Below are positions 25,899-29,198 of a stretch of 29,198 nt of DNA, piece after piece. The notes beneath the pieces were generated by a model that saw only the letters and a program-made list of their open reading frames with translations, made no database searches and was not told the origin of the DNA. The stretch is from Candidatus Sulfotelmatobacter sp. (GTDB taxonomy: Bacteria > Acidobacteriota > Terriglobia > Terriglobales > Acidobacteriaceae): the NCBI GenBank assembly GCA_030045935.1, contig JASIEN010000401.1, positions 1-29,198 on the forward strand, written 5' to 3'. Each line of letters starts with the position of its first letter. Within the stretch, counting starts at the first letter, position 1. The position numbers and the translations under genes were made by a program.

Positions 25899-27209
25899 AT
25901 GGCTTCATCGAACGGTAACGGACATCCACAACACAACAATCAAAATAAACCGCGGCTGATTTTCTGGGAGCTCACCAAGGGCTGCAATCTTCGATGCATT
26001 CATTGCCGCGCCAGCGCGACTGAACTGAGTTCTCCCACGGATCTGCCCACGAGTGCTGCAAAACACATCATCGATCAAATTGCAGAGATCTCTCATCCGA
26101 TTCTCGTGCTGAGTGGCGGCGAGCCGCTGTTCCGCTCGGATATCTTCGAACTCGCCCGCTACGGAACTGAAAAAGGCCTTCGGGTAGCGCTGGCGACAAA
26201 CGGCACGCTGGTGACGAAGCCGGTCGCGCAGAAAATTGTGGACTCCGGCGTGAAGCGCGTAGCCATTAGTCTGGACGGCGCCGATGCGCCCACGCACGAT
26301 GCTTTTCGCGGAATTCCGGGCGCATTTGACGCTGCTATTATCGGCTTCCGCAACCTGAAAGATCTCGGGATGTCGGTGCAGATCAACACCACGATTGCCC
26401 GGCACAACGCTCACCAGCTTCCCGCGGTACTCGAACTGGCACGATCGCTGCAAGCCGACGCTCTGCACACATTCCTGCTGGTTCCCGTCGGGTGCGGCGT
26501 TGACATTGCCGCTGAGCAGATGGTTCCTCCCGAAGAGTACGAGAGAATTTTGAACTGGTTTTATGATCAGTCGTTGGCTGGCGACATCGAACTGAAAGCC
26601 ACTTGCGCCCCACACTACTTCCGCGTGGTGCGGCAGCGACGCGCTGCCGAGCGCCGGGCCGCAGTTCAGATTCAAGGGGCAATTCCAGCAGCCTCGAGCT
26701 CTCCAAGCCGAGGTCCTCTGGGATCACCGACAGCACCGGACATCGGACCCACCGAGATGACTATGCCCGGTTCCACCGGAATCGAGTTGAAGCCGCATGG
26801 AATCGGCCGGCCAGTTGGACATCCCGGTGCTCATCCCTCGGACATGAACGCGATGACGAAGGGCTGCCTGGCTGGCACGGCGGTGTGCTTTATCTCGCAT
26901 CAGGGAGAAGTCTATCCGTGCGGATATCTGCCGGCTTTAGCGGGAGACCTGAAGAAGCAGTCTTTTGCGGACATCTGGAACGACGCAGTCGTATTCAATG
27001 AACTGCGCGACGTCAACAATCTCACCGGCAAATGCGGCTGCTGCGAATTCCGTAACGTCTGCATGGGCTGCCGCGCCCGCGCCTTTGCCGCTACCGGAAG
27101 TTACCTCGACGAAGAACCATTCTGCGTGTATGAGCCGGGTGCCGGAAACCCTGCGTCAAAACATTCGCATGAACAGGACTCGCCCACGCCAGCCGGAGCG
27201 AGGAGCTGA
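25899..27209 (+). CDS. Radical SAM/SPASM protein, AhbD (heme b synthase)/NirJ-like
   Basis: WELTKGCNLRCIHCRA (CxxxCxxC), SGGEPL, KATCAPHY, GCLAG, CGYLP and SPASM CGCCEFRNVCMGCRARA. AGGAGG lies 5 nt before ATG 25899. The N-terminus fits AhbD better than AhbC, but the exact function is not provable from sequence. Confidence 0.85.
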   Translation: MASSNGNGHPQHNNQNKPRLIFWELTKGCNLRCIHCRASATELSSPTDLPTSAAKHIIDQIAEISHPILVLSGGEPLFRSDIFELARYGTEKGLRVALATNGTLVTKPVAQKIVDSGVKRVAISLDGADAPTHDAFRGIPGAFDAAIIGFRNLKDLGMSVQINTTIARHNAHQLPAVLELARSLQADALHTFLLVPVGCGVDIAAEQMVPPEEYERILNWFYDQSLAGDIELKATCAPHYFRVVRQRRAAERRAAVQIQGAIPAASSSPSRGPLGSPTAPDIGPTEMTMPGSTGIELKPHGIGRPVGHPGAHPSDMNAMTKGCLAGTAVCFISHQGEVYPCGYLPALAGDLKKQSFADIWNDAVVFNELRDVNNLTGKCGCCEFRNVCMGCRARAFAATGSYLDEEPFCVYEPGAGNPASKHSHEQDSPTPAGARS

Positions 27210-27217
27210 GGCCGAAA

Positions 27218-28075
27218 GTGGCGTCGCGCGCGAGCCAATTCGCCGCTTCCTCCGACGCACGAATAAATGCGCTCATTACTCCACGCGAGCACGGAGCCTG
27301 GGGGCTTCTTCTGGTTCCCCTGGCCACAGGTGGTGCGGTGGGACTTCTTGAAGGTGGAAATTTCCTTTCTCTGATCATCCTTGCTGTTGCCGCCGTTGCT
27401 CTGTTTTGGCTCAGGACACCAGTCGAAAGTTGGTACGGCAACGGCGTGATTCGCGCCCAAACCCCGAGGGAGCGCCGGCTCGTATTCAAAGTGATTTTTT
27501 GTCTGGTTGCAGTCTCCGGCTTCGCTTTGGCATGGCTCTTTTGGAATGGCCGAAACCGGGAGCTCCTGCTGTTGGGAGCATTTGCCATGCTTGCTTTCAT
27601 CGTGCAGGCTCTCTTGCGAAACCTCAGCCGGCGCACGCGAATGCTTTCCCAAATTATCGGCACCATGGGCCTGACGATCACTGCGCCAGCTGCCTATTAC
27701 ATTGTCACCGGAGCACTGAATCGTGAAGCTTGGGCATTGTGGGTGGCGAACTCCATGTTTGCCGTGGATCAGATCCACTTTGTACAACTCCGCATTCATT
27801 CTGCTCGGTTGAACGGGTGGACGCAGAAATTTGAGCGCGGACGAAGCTTTCTTGTTGGCGAAGTGTTGCTGGTAATTGCTTTGATTTTCGCCTGGCGTCT
27901 TCGGCTGCTGCCATGGCTGGCGGCGGCAGCATTCCTGCCTTTACTTTTTCGCGGCACAGCATGGTTTCTTGAAAAGCAGAAGTCGCTGGTTGTGCGTCGA
28001 CTGGGCTGGACGGAACTTGGTTACGCGATCTTCTTCGGCATTTGCCTCGTTGCCGGGTTCCACGTGGGCCGATAG
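27218..28075 (+). CDS. YwiC-like integral membrane protein
   Basis: N-terminal PREHGAW signature, about 8 hydrophobic segments and C-terminal RRLGWTE. GTG start 8 nt after the radical SAM stop. Confidence 0.82.
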   Translation: MASRASQFAASSDARINALITPREHGAWGLLLVPLATGGAVGLLEGGNFLSLIILAVAAVALFWLRTPVESWYGNGVIRAQTPRERRLVFKVIFCLVAVSGFALAWLFWNGRNRELLLLGAFAMLAFIVQALLRNLSRRTRMLSQIIGTMGLTITAPAAYYIVTGALNREAWALWVANSMFAVDQIHFVQLRIHSARLNGWTQKFERGRSFLVGEVLLVIALIFAWRLRLLPWLAAAAFLPLLFRGTAWFLEKQKSLVVRRLGWTELGYAIFFGICLVAGFHVGR

Positions 28076-28170
28076 TTTTTTCCTCCCGGCAAGACCCGAG
28101 CATTCCCTGAAAACAGATGAGGGTTCACAAACTGCGGCGCAGTCGTGTATAGAACTTACTGGGACTCAAC

Positions 28171-29198
28171 ATGGCGGCTGAACCCATCATTGAAGCGCGG
28201 GCGATCGAGAAGTCGTATCCTCAGCCCGACGGCACACGCATACAGGTCATCGGCCTGACCGACTTTGTGATCGAGCCGGGGAAGATTATCGCCGTGCTCG
28301 GCGCTTCGGGATGCGGCAAGTCAACGCTCCTACGCATTCTAAGTGGATTGTCGCAACCTACCTCTGGCGCGCTGTTCTGGCACGGCAAGCCGATGAATGG
28401 TCAGTCGCCGAATGTGGCGATCGTGTTTCAGAGCTTTGCCCTGTTTCCCTGGCTCACGGTGCTGGAAAACGTGGAAGCTCCGCTCGAGGCACGCGGCGTT
28501 AACGCGGTTGAACGCCGCAAACGAGCCCTACGCACGCTCGACACCGTCGGCCTCGATGGTTTCGAGACGGCTTATCCCAAGGAGCTTTCGGGCGGGATGA
28601 AGCAGCGCGTCGGTTTTGCCCGAGCCCTCGTGGTGGAGCCCGAGGTGCTTTTCATGGATGAGCCATTTTCCGCGCTGGACGTGCTCACGGCGGAAAATCT
28701 TCGCGGTGAACTCCTGGAGCTGTGGCTCAACAAGAAGATGCCGACAAGCGCCATCTTCATCGTTACTCACAACATAGAAGAGGCCGTTATGATGGCCGAT
28801 CGAATCGTAATCCTGGGGCGCAATCCGGCACGCATACGGTCCGACATTAAGGTCAGGCTGCCTCATCCCCGCGACCGCAAGTCGCCTAAATTTATGGAGC
28901 TTGTGGATTACATCTACAAGGTGATGACCGAACCCGATGTCGAGCACGCTCTGCCCGATCCCGATAGCAGCGGCGAGATCGTTCTGCCGGCTGGTGGGTT
29001 GAAAAGAGGAAAGCCGCCGGTTCGTGCCAGCAAATACCAGATTCTACCTCACGCGCGCGTGGGCGGAATCGCCGGCCTGCTGGAGCTTCTGGAAGATCGT
29101 GGCGGGCACGAAGATCTTTTTCGCCTCTCCGAGGATCTGATCATGAACGTGGAGGATTTGCTGCCCATTCTGGAAGCTTGCCAGGTGTTGGGTTTCGC
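28171..29198 (+). CDS. ABC transporter ATP-binding protein, NitT/TauT (nitrate/sulfonate/bicarbonate) type with C-terminal extension; truncated by window end
   Basis: Not in the ORF track because it has no stop. Manual translation gives Walker A GASGCGKS, VFQSFALFPWLTV, LSGGMKQR, Walker B LFMDEPFSALD and VTHNIEEA, followed by an extra domain (LPHARVGGIAGLLE...). Confidence 0.93.
   Translation, partial: MAAEPIIEARAIEKSYPQPDGTRIQVIGLTDFVIEPGKIIAVLGASGCGKSTLLRILSGLSQPTSGALFWHGKPMNGQSPNVAIVFQSFALFPWLTVLENVEAPLEARGVNAVERRKRALRTLDTVGLDGFETAYPKELSGGMKQRVGFARALVVEPEVLFMDEPFSALDVLTAENLRGELLELWLNKKMPTSAIFIVTHNIEEAVMMADRIVILGRNPARIRSDIKVRLPHPRDRKSPKFMELVDYIYKVMTEPDVEHALPDPDSSGEIVLPAGGLKRGKPPVRASKYQILPHARVGGIAGLLELLEDRGGHEDLFRLSEDLIMNVEDLLPILEACQVLGF

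Noticed and set aside
25905-27799. Several long minus-strand ORFs (25905-26675, 27091-27681, 27101-27799)
   Set aside because: They overlap well-supported plus-strand genes and show no domain features.
1-29198. tRNA, rRNA, integrase, transposase or prophage genes
   Set aside because: No cloverleaf, rRNA-like tract or recombinase/transposase motif was found in the intergenic gaps or ORFs.

Overview
A ~29 kb, GC-rich bacterial chromosomal window. Gene content and repeat style suggest Acidobacteriota/Terriglobales (inference). The left end is housekeeping: a DinB-family gene, prfA, DUF1385, an ATP-dependent DNA ligase, a CDF metal exporter and bacterioferritin. Most of the rest is a low-oxygen energy-metabolism cluster: an ADP-forming acyl-CoA ligase/GNAT fusion with cytochrome bd (cydAB), a 4-subunit 2-oxoacid:ferredoxin oxidoreductase, a monoheme cytochrome c, pyruvate:ferredoxin oxidoreductase (nifJ) with a DHODH-like flavoprotein, a Crp/Fnr regulator, a hemerythrin, an AhbD/NirJ-like radical SAM protein, a YwiC-like membrane protein and an ABC ATPase cut by the window end. 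An HD-GYP/GAF/GGDEF/PilZ protein sits in the middle. The main hidden signal is regulatory. Five promoter regions carry PAIRS of CRP-type palindromes (TGTGA-N6-TCACA-like) spaced exactly 22 bp apart, and a sixth has one perfect box with a degenerate partner at +22. Each is followed by a candidate -10 hexamer 21-22 nt from the proximal box. The resident regulator combines an FNR-like N-terminal Cys cluster with a CRP-type SRETVTR recognition helix, suggesting an O2-sensing, self-regulated, cooperative double-box regulon. Several short palindromic repeats are also present. No tRNA, rRNA, CRISPR array or transposase was seen.
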